DNA of 63,586 nucleotides, the filler included, from Octopus bimaculoides (lineage: Eukaryota): the NCBI RefSeq assembly GCF_001194135.2. It is 6 parts of 6 records of this genome, joined end to end, with 100 filler letters (N's around TTAATTAATTAA, not from the genome) between each part and the next. Parts side by side here need not be neighbours in the genome. Positions count along the whole stretch, not along the records: positions 20,232 to 35,928 come from NC_068984.1; positions 36,029 to 47,998 come from NC_068982.1; 4 more parts are not named here. One strand, written 5' to 3'. The notes under the pieces were generated by a model. It had not been told where the DNA came from and made no database searches. It saw nothing but the letters and a program-made list of their open reading frames with translations. This document shows positions 23,490 to 36,495 of the stretch, piece by piece (positions within the stretch are counted from its first letter, which is position 1; each line of letters begins with the position of its first letter). Position numbers and translations under genes: made by a program.

Positions 23490-24385
23490 GCGGATTTAGA
23501 AAGACTGTTAATATTTCCACTCATAAAAACAACAAAAAAGGCCGGACTGAATCCTATGGAACACAGAACGGAGAATTGGAATTTACTAGAGCTGACAGTG
23601 CCATAGGAAGAGAACATCGTTAATGCAGAGCAACGGAAGGAGGAGAGGTATGAGAGATTAATCGAAGAGTGCAGAGAACAGGAATGGACCGTCGAGTATT
23701 ACCACCTGGCAGTGGGGTGGGGGGGTCCTAGAGGCTTCATTGAAAGGAAAATGGCGACGTTATTTAAAAGGTTTGCATTTTCGAGCTCAGAGCTGAGAAA
23801 AGTCATAAAGACGATACAGGAGGCAGTCGACAAAGCCGGCTTCTATATATGGCTGAAGCAAGAAGACCCAAAATGGCTTGAAAGCTATGATATGCCTACT
23901 GGGAAATAACCAGGTGAGGCTTGCTGGCACTTAAGCAGCATTGTTGATTGACAGGTGGGCCAAGGGAGCGATCTCGTTCATAGCGCGCCCTCCTCCGGGT
24001 TCGAAGGTTTGTACCACCAAACAGCTAGTCAGCTCTGGCTGCTGGCAGGTTTAGAGAGGGCGCGGCCAAAACTACGCCCCACTCCATTGTTCAGTTGAAA
24101 CTTAAACAGTGTCACGTGACAGTTAGCTGGTGCTGGCCGCTGGCCGCTGGAGCCTGCCGGCGAGTAATTAGATGGAAATTTGGCAGAATGGTCAGTCGTC
24201 CGTTGACACTGCATCGAAGAAACCAAAGAACAGAAGAAAAAGGAGAAAGAAGAAACGCACTCAACACCAGAGCCGAAGACACCTCCGAAAGTGTGTGTGT
24301 GGGGGGGGGGCGCTACGCCGAAAACGGTAGAGGAGTAGGGGCCGAAACCGGACATGGTTCCTCCTGATGATGTCTTTAACTACTG
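23490..24385 (+). mobile_element. HERO-clade non-LTR retrotransposon, 3' fragment (restriction-like endonuclease domain + 3' UTR)
   Basis: Translation with stops/frameshifts: ADLERLLIFPLIKTT-RPD*ILWN...LLELTVP*EENIVNAEQRKEERYERLIEECREQEWTVEYYHLAVG..RGF...IQEAVDKAGFYIWLK. This fits the RPD..ELTVPWEE...RK..Y RLE pattern I recall for HERO. A putative 3' stem-loop GACAT..CTGATG..ATGTC lies at ~24351-24374. Confidence 0.82.
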
Positions 24386-24899
24386 GTCCTATAAAGGAGT
24401 TGTTGAGGTAGCGAACTAAGAAACGCGGTTGGAATCCCTCCTCTGCCTCTAACAGTTCTACAGTTCTACACTCTCAATATACATTTGTCTTTTATAATTG
24501 CATACTTTATATCCATCTACGTTATAAAGCCTTACTGAAACTACCCCTCACAGTCCTACAGTCTATATACACATCTATAGTTATACAGTCTATATAATTC
24601 TGTATTATATAACCAGAGTTCCAGTGCCCCTAACACCTTCTACACTCTCTCTCTCTATACACAATCCTCTACACCTCTGTCAGTACACTTCTATTGATTT
24701 CTTCCTTCTATTGTTATATCACCATTCAAAGATTCCTCCCTTGTCGTATTGTTATCATTTCTCGTTAGTTGAAAGACATCAAAGCGTCTTCGCGTCCCCA
24801 CCGATATGCACGTCACGTGACACGGTGTTCTTCGAACGCTAAAATGACGCTCTTACTACTACAACCACCATCGCTGTCGCCACCATGTTGTTGTTTCGT

Positions 24900-24988
24900 G
24901 ACACATCTTTCTTTCTCCTCCCCCTCCTCCTCCTCCTCCTCCTCCTCCTCCTCCTCCTTCTTCTTCTTCTTCTTCTTCTCCTTCTTGT

Positions 24989-25020
<32 letters not shown>

Positions 25021-25095
25021 TTCTTCTTCTTCTTCTTCTTCTTCTTCTTCTTTTTCCTCTTCTTCTTCTTCTCCTCCCCTCCTTCCCCTTCTTCA
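24900..25095. repeat. (CCT)n-(CTT)n homopyrimidine tract
   Basis: Seen directly. It is the source of the poly-K/E/R/F/L ORFs. Confidence 0.95.
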
Positions 25096-25365
25096 TGCCA
25101 TCCATCCAGAAAAACACAATCACTCACCATTGATTATGTTCTGATCGTATTAATGAGAAACATTTGATGCTGATTCGTGTAGCAACAAAATGGCCATCAG
25201 CTTCTTTATCGTTTCATTTTATCTCATCGTATCTTATACTTATGTATGTATACATACACGCGTACACATACACATACATTAATAATACATATATACCTAC
25301 CTACCTACCTACATGTATACATGCATGCATACATCCATACATACATATATACTTACATACATACA

Positions 25366-25760
25366 TATCCAGACTACAAGTTCAGGTTTATACCTGTAAT
25401 TATTGGGGCTGTGGGATATGTAACTCACTGCCTAAATACCAATCTTGAGAAATTAGGCTTCTCAAAACCAGAAAGGAGAAAGCTAATTCGAAGACTACAG
25501 ATCTAATCCATCACTGGAACTGTAAAAACCTGTAAAACTTTCAAGAAGTTTATCATTTAAATATATATGAGCATGTCTAGATATGTAGCTATATGCATGA
25601 GAATACATACATCAAGCATACAAATCTGCACATACATGCATACATACATACAAAATACCATGTTGTTGATGTTGAAATTCCAATGAAGAACCTTGGTTCT
25701 AGGTTAGAAACCAGCTCTTTCTCCATTGGCAAGAAATCTTGAAAGAAAACTGAATAAGGA
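25366..25760 (+). mobile_element. R4/Dong-like RLE non-LTR retrotransposon 3' end
   Basis: YPDYKFRFIPVIIGAVGYVTHCLNTNLEKLGFSKPERRKLIRRLQI*SITGTVKTCKTF resembles the IPVIIGALG end of RLE ORFs. The 5' junction lies in an (ATAC)n tract. Confidence 0.72.
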
Positions 25761-25775
25761 CACATGTTCAGATAG

Positions 25776-25854
<79 letters not shown>

Positions 25855-26239
25855 TTTGAGTGTTTTACGCTGATGTCAATTGTAAACGATCAAAATACTA
25901 TTCAACACTGTCCGTTGAGTAGGAAAAAATGATTTATTCGATGTTGAATCTACATGAGACGCTAATCAGGCTTCCTCATTGCCAATTCTCATAGATGTAT
26001 ACATATATATTAAGTCTGTCCACTCTGCTATAGTGTCTATGTGTGAATATGTCTATACAAACACACATAGACGCATACGCCCGCGCGCACGTACACACAC
26101 ACACACACACACACATACAGACTCGCACAAACGCACACTGCCATACATGGATACAAATACATATGTGTGTGTGTGTGTGTGTATGTGTGTCTCTCAATAA
26201 ATATATATATATCATCATCTTCATCACCATCATCATTAT

Positions 26240-26297
26240 CATCATCATCGTTTAACGTCCATTTTCCATGCATGCATGGGTAGGACGGTTGACAGGA
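26240..26297 (-). mobile_element. Family F 3' end ((GAT)n tail)
   Basis: catcatcgtttaacgtccattttccatgc is the reverse complement of the 38470-38510 end. Confidence 0.75.
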
Positions 26298-26403
26298 GAC
26301 AGAAAGAAAGAATGAGCGAGAGAGAGAGAGATAAAAATCAAAACGTAAGTGGAAGTATTTAAGTAAGGAAGTGAGTTAGAGAAAAGGTGAGAGGGAGAGA
26401 GAC

Positions 26404-26450
<47 letters not shown>

Positions 26451-27749
26451 TAGATAGATAGATAGATAGATAGAGAAAGAGAGAGACAGTGAGAAAGAGA
26501 GATGCATGTGCAGACACACGCATATGGCGGGTGTATCTGTGTACGTCTGTGTGTATCTTCACGTGAATAACTTGATTATTGTCTGTCGATATTCATATAA
26601 CTTTCTGCCTGAATGCACATCTTTATGCATGTGCATTAATGTATGTGTGTATGTGAACATGTGCGCAGGCGCATGAATGTATATATGTTTGCACATCTGT
26701 ATCTGTATAAATAAATAAATGAATACACGAATTGATAATTAGATATTAGTCGTATGAAAGCAAATTTTTACATCTTGATTTAATGTATGTCTGTGTGTCT
26801 CTAACTGTATACGTGTATAATTTTGTGTTCGTCAGTGCACTTTTAATATGTAGCGATTACCGGGCAAAAGGTAAAAATAATCAAATATATTAATATAAAA
26901 TCAAACGTTAAAACAGATTTATAAGCTTAAATGTCGCTGACTTAACATATATTTACATACAGACATACATCCACGCACATATGGCATGCTTGTATGTATG
27001 TGTATATCTTTACATGTCCGCATCGAAAACTGTGCAATAAATGATTATAAACATTTNNNNNNNNNNNNNNNNNNNNNNNNNNNNNNNNNNNNNNNNNNNN
27101 NNNNNNNNNNNNNNNNNNNNNNNNNNNNNNNNNNNNNNNNNNNNNNNNNNNNNNNNTGAGAAGAGATAGATAGATAGATAGATCGATAGATAGATAGATA
27201 GATAGAAGCTTGTTTCATTTTATTACGCTTTTTATCATTATCAAAATATTCTTTTTTATCCCGTGTTTTTCTCTATAAGTAAAATCTGTGAAATTATTAA
27301 ATTATATATGGTAATATTAGGCTAATGAGGCCCAACCTGACCGAAACATGATCAGATTTTCCTCTACGTAAATTAATTTTATGAAACGCCTTATTAATTT
27401 TTTGTAATTGTCTCCCTTCTTTCACTGATAGTCGCTCACAATGACCGCCAGGAGAACTTCATTTCAATGAGACCTTTTGGCCGACGTCGTTCAGGTCATT
27501 ATTGTCCCGTAAATTATTTATCACGATTAACGTCGTTTCCATGCTTTAGTTGTTTCTCCTTGGCTTGTTTTAGTTTTAATTAAATACATACATTGCCTGA
27601 GAATGTTATAAACTAACGAAGGAGCGACGAAATTTTATGATTTCTGCAAAAGGATTTAATTAAAATTATAAAGCAAAAACTAATTTTCAATAGAAATACA
27701 TGAAGACGTGTTGCGTTCTCTAAAGCTCAAGGCCTAACCCCTTCTCCCT

Positions 27750-27897
27750 CCCCCTCTCTCTCTCTCAACTATCTCAGTCTCTCAACATTTCTCGGTCTCT
27801 CGCTTTTTTCTCTCTCTTTCTCTCTCTTTCTCTCTTAACTATCTCAGTCTCTGTATATTTCTCGGTCTCTCGTTTTCTTTCTCTCTCTCTTTCTCTT

Positions 27898-27928
<31 letters not shown>

Positions 27929-28031
27929 TTCTCTCTCTCTCTCTCAACTAGCTCAGTCTCTCTATATTTCTCGGTCTCACGCTTTCTTTCTCTCTCTCTC
28001 TCTCTCTCTCAACTATCCCAGTCTCTCGTTT

Positions 28032-28092
<61 letters not shown>

Positions 28093-28250
28093 CGTTCTAG
28101 CTTTCTTCTCGTCTTTCTCTTTTTCAGTCTCTCTGCCTTTCTCTCTCAATCTCAGTCAATCTTTTCTCTCTCAATCATTCTAGCTTTCTCTCTCTCACCT
28201 TCCTTTCTCTTTCTCTCCCTTTCTCTTTCTCTCCCTTTCTCTTTCTCTCA

Positions 28251-28289
<39 letters not shown>

Positions 28290-28290
28290 T
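27750..28290. repeat. CT microsatellite with higher-order unit
   Basis: caactatctcagtctct...atttctcggtctctcg recurs about 4 times, separated by variable (CT)n. Confidence 0.85.
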
Positions 28291-28660
28291 TTCCCTCTCT
28301 CCAAGATAGTAATTGCTGATCTAAAATGGTATAGAATCTCGGCACCACTCACCAAAGTTATAATTATTAAACCCGGAAGAAAAATGGAAACTCGAGTGTG
28401 ATTGAAAAGCTAAGAATCTCAGCAGAAATAATTAATTAGAAATTCATAAAGATTGAAACAGCCATAAGATCTTCTGACTTGGACAGACAGTCCGGAGGAA
28501 GTTTGGACGGAACAGCAATAATCTCGGTAGAAAATTAAACATTACCGTCGTTTCATTATTTATCAATATTAGATGGGAAGTGATTGGCAATGAATAATGG
28601 AATCGGTACAAGGTACATACATGCACACACACGCCAACACATACACGCACACACACATGT

Positions 28661-28726
<66 letters not shown>

Positions 28727-28750
28727 GTTTGTGTGTGTATGTGTGTGTAC

Positions 28751-28782
<32 letters not shown>

Positions 28783-29176
28783 GGGGACAGAGAGAGAGAG
28801 AGAGAAAGAGAGATAAACGTACATATTTACAGACAAACAGACATGTATGTATACATGTGTGTATGTATGCATGTGTATATCTATCACTGTCTTTCTACCT
28901 ATTTATTCTACACGCATATGTATGTATGTATGTATGGATGGATGGATGGATGTAGGCATGTACGTGTGTGTATATAAATAGGATAACAGAGAAAATAGAA
29001 AACTCGATAAGTCTGTAGAGTAAAACGTATGTACAGAGATCTGATAAATCAATGATGTAGAACAGCAGATATATTAACATTTATCTTGCTACAGTCATAA
29101 AACTGACAATCAGCTTTTCACCTTTGCAGTTTGAAGCTCTAAACTGTAATACACACACACACACACACACACACAG

Positions 29177-29247
<71 letters not shown>

Positions 29248-29248
<1 letters not shown>

Positions 29249-29690
29249 TGGATTCTCTTGTCGTGGACGACAGACGAGAGTTCAGTAATATAAAGCTTTG
29301 ATCATGTTCTATGGCCGCTCTTGAGACCAGCCGGTGTCTTGCAAACCTTCTGACAAATGGAACAAGTTGAGGACTCTGAGTGCTTGTGGATTATTTACTG
29401 TGTGTTTTCTTGGGTGGACTGCTAGGCCTTCCTTGCTTCGTACCACAAAACCACAATGACCGGTAAGGTTCCCATTTAGAGAAGCAGCGTTTTGCCAGCG
29501 TGTCTTCATGCTAGAACGAAGTCGGTCCCAGTGTTGGTGTTGATTTTGCTCAAATTGTTTCAACTGAGAAACGGGACTGGCGCCAGGTCTTGCGTTCTGA
29601 TGCTTTGTTTTCCCAGGTGTCTTTTCTCATTTCTTTTTCTCCAATTACAGGTGTATGCTCAGGTCAGGCCCGTTCATTAATCATGTCCAC
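29248..29690 (-). mobile_element. RTE-clade LINE 3' end
   Basis: Minus strand: DTWENKASERKTWRQS...KQFEQNQHQHWDRLRSSMK...GHCGFVVRSKEGLAVHPRKH. This fits the RTE C-terminal WE..A.DR..WR..FE + C2H2-like knuckle. It ends in (CA)n. Confidence 0.8.
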
Positions 29691-30698
29691 TCATTACTAA
29701 TTTCTTCCAAGAGCCTTTTCCTTTCTGACATCGTTTGTTAATGCGAAATTTCGGTTCAGTTAACACAACAACAGCAACAACCAAAATGTTGTTCTTTATT
29801 AGACGCAGGCATGGCTGTGTAGTTAAAAAGTTCGTTTTGCAACCACTCAGTTTTGGATCCAGTCCCACTACGCGGCACTTTGGGTGTCTTCTGCTATGGA
29901 CAATAGCTTATGATTTGAAGGAGATTTGGTTGATATTTCTAGTAAGTCAGATGACCACATAGCAGATCCTTCGTTAGCTCTTTGTTATCGTTGGTGCTGG
30001 TCTTCTTTTTTTTCCTGTTCCTTTATCCTTCTTCATTCTACTTTTTTTCTTCCTTTTATTTCTTTGTATTAATTTCTTTCGGCATTGTTATTTTTCCCCT
30101 TTCTCCTTTTTCTTCTCCCTCTACCACTTTCTTTTATTTCTTCTTTATTTCATTTCCACCCTCTCTTCTCTTCTTCTCCTTCCCTCTCTTTCTCTCCTTC
30201 TTATTTTATGATGTCAGAGTCTAAAGTTAATTTCTAACCACAAAACGTCTGCCTGGCCGTTAAACAATCGTCGATGAAGATTAATTCAACAGATAAAGAA
30301 AAACATCTATTTTTAAGCTAAATATTTCATTGAAAAATTTCCCCTTTTGACTTTTATATCAGATCTTTCTCTTTATTTTCACTTCTCGTACCTTTTCTTC
30401 CACTCAGCACCTTTACTCTTGACCTCAACGAATCATCACCTCTTCATCTCAGTCATTACTTTCAAAACCATTTTATAACTTCCCTGTCTCGGTCGTTCCA
30501 CTGCAAATATAATAAATACCTTTTTCACTTCGTCTCGGCTTCCCCTATAGCTTGATTTTATTGTTTACTAATTCCTTACAAATAAATGAAGAAAAAAAGA
30601 AAATATAACAGTTGTGTATTTCTGTATCTCCAACAATCTGTTTCTTCTTGTATATATATTTATCTATCTCTTCCTCTCCCCTCATTCTAAACTGTCTG

Positions 30699-30745
<47 letters not shown>

Positions 30746-31809
30746 CTATATATATATCGAGTCATTTATTTGTCTACATTTCTCTCCCTCCCCTCTCTCT
30801 ATTTCTCTCTTTAATTATATATATATATATTNNNNNNNNNNNNNNNNNNNNNNNNNNNNNNNNNNNNNNNNNNNNNNNNNNNNNNNNNNNNNNNNNNNNN
30901 NNNNNNNNNNNNNNNNNNNNNNNNNNNNNNNNNNNNNNNNNNNNNNNNNNNNNNNNNNNNNNNNNNNNNNNNNNNNNNNNNNNNNNNNNNNNNNNNNNNN
31001 NNNNNNNNNNNNNNNNNNNNNNNNNNNNNNNNNNNNNNNNNNNNNNNNNNNNNNNNNNNNNNNNNNNNNNNNNNNNNNNNNNNNNNNNNNNNNNNNNNNN
31101 NNNNNNNNNNNNNNNNNNNNNNNNNNNNNNNNNNNNNNNNNNNNNNNNNNNNNNNNNNNNNNNNNNNNNNNNNNNNNNNNNNNNNNNNNNNNNNNNNNNN
31201 NNNNNNNNNNNNNNNNNNNNNNNNNNNNNNNNNNNNNNNNNNNNNNNNNNNNNNNNNNNNNNNNNNNNNNNNNNNNNNNNNNNNNNNNNNNNNNNNNNNN
31301 NNNNNNNNNNNNNNNNNNNNNNNNNNNNNNNNNNNNNNNNNNNNNNNNNNNNNNNNNNNNNNNNNNNNNNNNNNNNNNNNNNNNNNNNNNNNNNNNNNNN
31401 NNNNNNNNNNNNNNNNNNNNNNNNNNNNNNNNNNNNNNNNNNNNNNNNNNNNNNNNNNNNNNNNNNNNNNNNNNNNNNNNNNNNNNNNNNNNNNNNNNNN
31501 NNNNNNNNNNNNNNNNNNNNNNNNNNNNNNNNNNNNNNNNNNNNNNNNNNNNNNNNNNNNNNNNNNNNNNNNNNNNNNNNNNNNNNNNNNNNNNNNNNNN
31601 NNNNNNNNNNNNNNNNNNNNNNNNNNNNNNNNNNNNNNNNNNNNNNNNNNNNNNNNNNNNNNNNNNNNNNNNNNNNNNNNNNNNNNNNNNNNNNNNNNNN
31701 NNNNNNNNNNNNNNNNNNNNNNNNNNNNNNNNNNNNNNNNNNNNNNNNNNNNNNNNNNNNNNNNNNNNNNNNNNNNNNNNNNNNNNNNNNNNNNNNNNNN
31801 NNNNNNTGT

Positions 31810-31858
31810 TAACCGTAACCCTAACCCTAACCCTAACCCTAAAACTAACCCTAACTCT
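31810..31858. repeat. Interstitial telomere-like (TAACCC)n
   Basis: taaccgtaaccctaaccctaaccctaaccctaaaactaaccctaactc, abutting a ~975-bp gap. Confidence 0.85.
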
Positions 31859-32019
31859 AGAATCCGAACTCTAAAATTGTTACACACATAGATACGCACA
31901 GCGTAATTTATTATATAAACAATATATGCGTATAAATTACGATTAAACCGGATGAAATATGTCACAGGGAATAACATTTTTATGACTGCCCAGCAGTAAC
32001 TCTATTCAGCTGAATAGAC

Positions 32020-32535
32020 GTCAGTGAAGCGCTAAGTCGTGGTACGTAAACAAACCGACTACAGTTGTGAAGAAGTAATAAGGACAAACACAAAAACAAT
32101 GACATGCACTCATACACACACTTATACGACACGTTTCCGCACAGTTTCTGTCTACCAAATTCACTCACAAGGCATTTGTCGGTTCACAACTGCAGTGGAA
32201 GACAATTGGCCAATGTGTTGCAACGTGGGTCTGAACCCGAAACCACGAGCTTGCAAAACGAACTTTTAATGACAGAGGCATGTCTGCTTCTATATGTAAA
32301 TATGCGTGCACGTGTGCGCGTATGTGTGTGCGTGAGCGTTTGTGTGTGTGTGTGTGTGTGTGTTTTCTTGTTTGTGTTTGTCTCACCTTTTGATAATAAC
32401 TGACTTCGACAAAAAGCAGACGATAAAATAAATACCGCGCTTAAAATTAACACTGAGCTCGATTTCATAAACAAAACCCTTCATTGGACTGCTCCAGCAT
32501 GGCCGAAATCCAGTCACAGAAACAAGTAAAAGAAT
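32020..32535. mobile_element. Two SINE A pieces: minus copy 32020-32290, plus-strand tail 32370-32535
   Basis: cagtttctgtctaccaaattcactcacaagg (minus); gctccagcatggccgaaatc..gaaacaagtaaaag (plus). Confidence 0.75.
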
Positions 32536-33676
32536 CTATTAATGTCTAGATAGATGAATGGATAGACAGATAAACAGACAATGCTGTAGACAGACGACTA
32601 TTTGTATAACTCCCCTGTTATCCTTTTCCATGTTTTATTTCCTTTTCATCGTGCTCATATTATATTAAGCCGTTCTATTCCACATCGTTATTAACTGCTG
32701 GCATCGTCGTGGTCAAACTGTGTTCAGATTAACAGTTTCTGTATGTACATAGATTCCTTGTTCTGTCTTCGCAATAAGGCTGTCCTGTATAAGTGGTTTC
32801 TGAGTTTGAATACTGAATAAATAGTCGTTATTTGTTAATACTTTTTCTTATTTCTTTTCGTTATATTTTCTCCGTTTTTAATTCGAACCCAACCTAGTAT
32901 TATTCTATAGCTTTCATTTCAATAGTATTTCTTTAACATGTTTTCTATAGTTTTCACTTTTTCCATTAAAATACCTTTCCACGACACAGAGCATCTTTAA
33001 TTTATTGCTGTTCGTTCAATGTAAGCTAATTCAGCTGACTTTAATAATGACAAAGGTGACAGACTTGTGTCAATGAATCACCTTAATAAAATGTCGTACA
33101 GTGAAGGATAACGAGATATTGATTGAGTTCAGGTATTTGATAGAAATAATCCAAAGGACAACCGCCTCATCCCAGCAACAAGTCCACAGAAACCAATCTC
33201 CAAACAATATATTCATGGAGTTTCTTCATCTTAACTTCAATTTGTTTTCTTTTATTCAGATAAATCTTAAATCTATTTTTCCTCCATTAATTCGTAACGT
33301 CAGTGTTATTATAAAGAAGGCTTTTACGTCGTTGCGTTTCATAGAAATATATAAAAAATACGTTTTAAAAAATGGTTTGCCATGACGTTTCAATTAGGAT
33401 AAGGAAAGTGTGACATGCTAAGATCGATTGTTCTCTCGGTTTAACCATTTCTATTGTGCCAGTCTCTGTTCAATATCACTCACTCAAGAGAATGTGTTCA
33501 CAGTTTTGAAATTCTGTAGAAGCATTTTATCACGTGGTTTCACTGCATTTTTTATTCGTTCTTCATACAAATTGTTTTCTGTTTTGTTTGGTTCTTTAAC
33601 CCTTTAAGTACAAGAGTTGTCAATATGTATATGTATATGCATATATGTATGTACGTATGTGTGTGTGTGTGTGTGT

Positions 33677-33728
<52 letters not shown>

Positions 33729-34544
33729 ATGACCAAGACAGCAGTGCATCCGGGTTCGGTTTGCATTCGAAGAACACTTCAATTCCTTCATTGTCCACAA
33801 GAAAGACACAAATGTCCCTCACCTTCAGTCCCCGTTCTTTGATATTCTACTTAAGTAATTAATAATCATATCAATGGAAGACTCTCTGGTCGTGAGTGTC
33901 CTGAAGTATTTCCTCTCTACACTCTGTAATGGCGTCTGACTCTAATCGAACAATTATTCTTCTACTTTCTCAATCTCCTTATGTCGGTTGTTCTAAAACA
34001 TTCCCTTCTCTCCACTTATTCTTTACTTCTCATACTCTACATCGTTGGCTTCTCCGATAGAAACAAGAACGGAATAATGCTTAGGGATATGTCAATCAGA
34101 GCAGAAGAAAGCGATTCTGATTTAGTCTGCAAGAACGCGTTAGAGTATTGCGCTTAACTTTTTCAATTGCTCTTTCATAATTCCTATGAAACGCTTCTTT
34201 GGAATTTCCATGAAGGTAAGAACTATGACATGGTTTTTTGCCTTTTGATGCCTGTGTAGATTGTCACATGAAAGGATCTCCTCTATGATACACTACGAGG
34301 TGGGGGGGGGGTCTACTAAAATCTATCAAATGGAATCAATATTACTTTATGCTGGTTGCAATAAAGTTCAAATGTCTCAGACGTCTTTGAGATTTTGCAG
34401 TTCTTCTTTGGTTAACCTTTTATATATGTTTGTCTGTGTTTGTTTTTAAATCCATAAGGACGATTTTATGGATTTAGCTGAGTTTTGGGGCGGAATTTAG
34501 TGAGGCAAAAGAAACGCTAACATTAATAAAATGGCTGCTTATTT

Positions 34545-34945
34545 TGTTTGTTTCTTTCGTCGTTGATTTGGACTGCGGCCATGTTGGAGCACCACTTTGA
34601 AGGGTTTAGACGAGCAAATAGACCCCAGTACTTATTTTCTAAGTCTGCTACTTATTCTATCAGTCTCATTTGCCAAATCATTAAGTTACCGGCACGTAAA
34701 TAAACCAACACCGGTTGTCAAGCTGTGGGATGCGGGAGAAAGCACACAGATATACATATGCATGCATACATACTCATAAACACAAACACACACACACACA
34801 CACATATGTACGATGAGATTCCACACAGTTTCCGTCTACCATATTTACCCACAAATAATAGAAGGCACATGCCCAAAATACCACGCAGTGAGACTGAACT
34901 TGAAACCACGTGATTGCAAAACGAGTTTCTTAAGCACTCAGCCAA
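34545..34945 (-). mobile_element. SINE family A
   Basis: gactgcggccatgttggagcacc...cagtttccgtctacc...gaacttgaaaccacgtgattgc. Confidence 0.85.
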
Positions 34946-35928
34946 GTCTGCACTTGCTTCTGGGTAAACGTTATTGGAACGCTGTTGTATTTTTGTGGAC
35001 GGTGAAATGAAGAATTGAAAGAAGTCTGTGTCTCACATCATCCTTGTGTAAATATGGTCGTTCATGTAAATGTTGTTAACGCGAAGAAGGTCTCAAATTT
35101 CGGGTTATAGGCTCTTTATCAAGGATGAGAAAAACGGACGCACATTTCAAGCAAAAAGAGTGAACATGTAACACCCTTATCTATAACATTCGTTGATGGT
35201 GTGGTTGAGATCCGTATTACTTATAGGGGAGCAGACACACACACGAGGGCGTGACAGTTGGGAGAAATGAATAGGGAGCGAATAAATAGCTGTACGTAAT
35301 AAAACTAATATGGTTTTAATTCTTTGCTGGTCCAAAGCAGTTTCATAAGTTTGTCCTAAACGTCTCTGCTAGTTTCCAGCTTTTTAGTTAACCCTCGTTT
35401 CATGCGTAGTGAATAACATAAAGCTTTCCTTTCATAAGTCCGAAATTACTCTGGTGCTTGAAAAAATATTGGAAACATGTTTCATATAATGATGCACAAA
35501 CGCCAAAGAAATATGTGCTGTGTATCGCATGTGATACATAAGAAAGGTAAAGGGTTAAAGTTTTTAAACTCGTTCACTGCCATAGCGAAGAAAGAGGAAT
35601 ATTATGGACGCAAAGTATCTTTCAGATTCTCTTTTTTTTTTTTTGTTTCCTTTCTTATTTGTAAAAGGTGAAAAGAGAACTAAAAGAAAATAATCATTTG
35701 ATGCGGATCTCGTATTTGTTAGTTTAATAACTATTGGCTAAGGGGCATTTTTTATTTTTTAGTAACGGGTCTGTTTTACGTATTTCAGAATATTTAGGCT
35801 GAAGGCTGCCATCAGAAACTTTCGCATGTTTTTCATATAAAAACAGATATTTTCTGTGTTGCTTTGCAGCTGCACAATGTGGGGTGCAGCACAGCTTTCT
35901 ACGTCGTTTTAAAAAAATCTGACATCGG

Positions 35929-36028
35929 NNNNNNNNNNNNNNNNNNNNNNNNNNNNNNNNNNNNNNNNNNNNTTAATTAATTAANNNNNNNNNNNNNNNN
36001 NNNNNNNNNNNNNNNNNNNNNNNNNNNN
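35929..36028. other. Artificial scaffold linker 44N-TTAATTAATTAA-44N
   Basis: Same 100-bp structure as 20132-20231. Confidence 0.95.
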
Positions 36029-36352
36029 GGTTGACATTAACACACCCACCCCCAATAGGGGCCTTCATTCCCACATTTTAGAGCTCCATGAGCTCCATTT
36101 TTCAGGAGCAAAATCCTTTTTACAGGTTCCAGAAGACTGAAATTTTGGAATATGTGCATAAAGATTAATAGTATGGGATACATGTCTCATGATTAGAATT
36201 TTTTTAGGGTGTGTAAAGAGGGAAAGAACCCTCATGTGCAATTTTGATGAAATTCGAATCATATCTATTCCAGTTTCTTACAGGAAATATAAGAGAAAAG
36301 TCTCATCCTTCAATTGCATGTAACATGGGCAACGCCGGGTATCTCTGCTAGT
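36029..36352 (+). mobile_element. Helitron 3' end
   Basis: Subterminal GGC-AAC-GCC hairpin (gggcaacgccgggt) followed by CTAG at 36348-36351 and T. This is the canonical Helitron 3' signature. Confidence 0.7.
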
Positions 36353-36417
36353 TCTAAATAAAATATTGAAAACTTTTCAATCTATCACCACATGCTCAAA
36401 TTCCTTCTGAACTTTAA

Positions 36418-36495
36418 GACACCAAGGATATCATGTCAGATATCTGTCAGACACCAAGGATATCATGTCAGATATCTGTCAGACACCAAGGATAT
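36418..36495. repeat. 32-bp tandem repeat x2.4
   Basis: Unit gacaccaaggatatcatgtcagatatctgtca. Confidence 0.9.

Noticed and set aside
24358-24434. CTGATGA...GAAACGCGGTT as a hammerhead
   Set aside because: Stem II would be long and branched and stem III irregular. The motif is better explained as the HERO-type 3' terminal stem-loop (GACAT/ATGTC).
24769-25167. Poly-K/E/R/F/L ORFs
   Set aside because: Translations of the (CCT)n(CTT)n tract.
33880-34270. Possible decayed TE coding sequence
   Set aside because: No diagnostic motif in any frame I translated.
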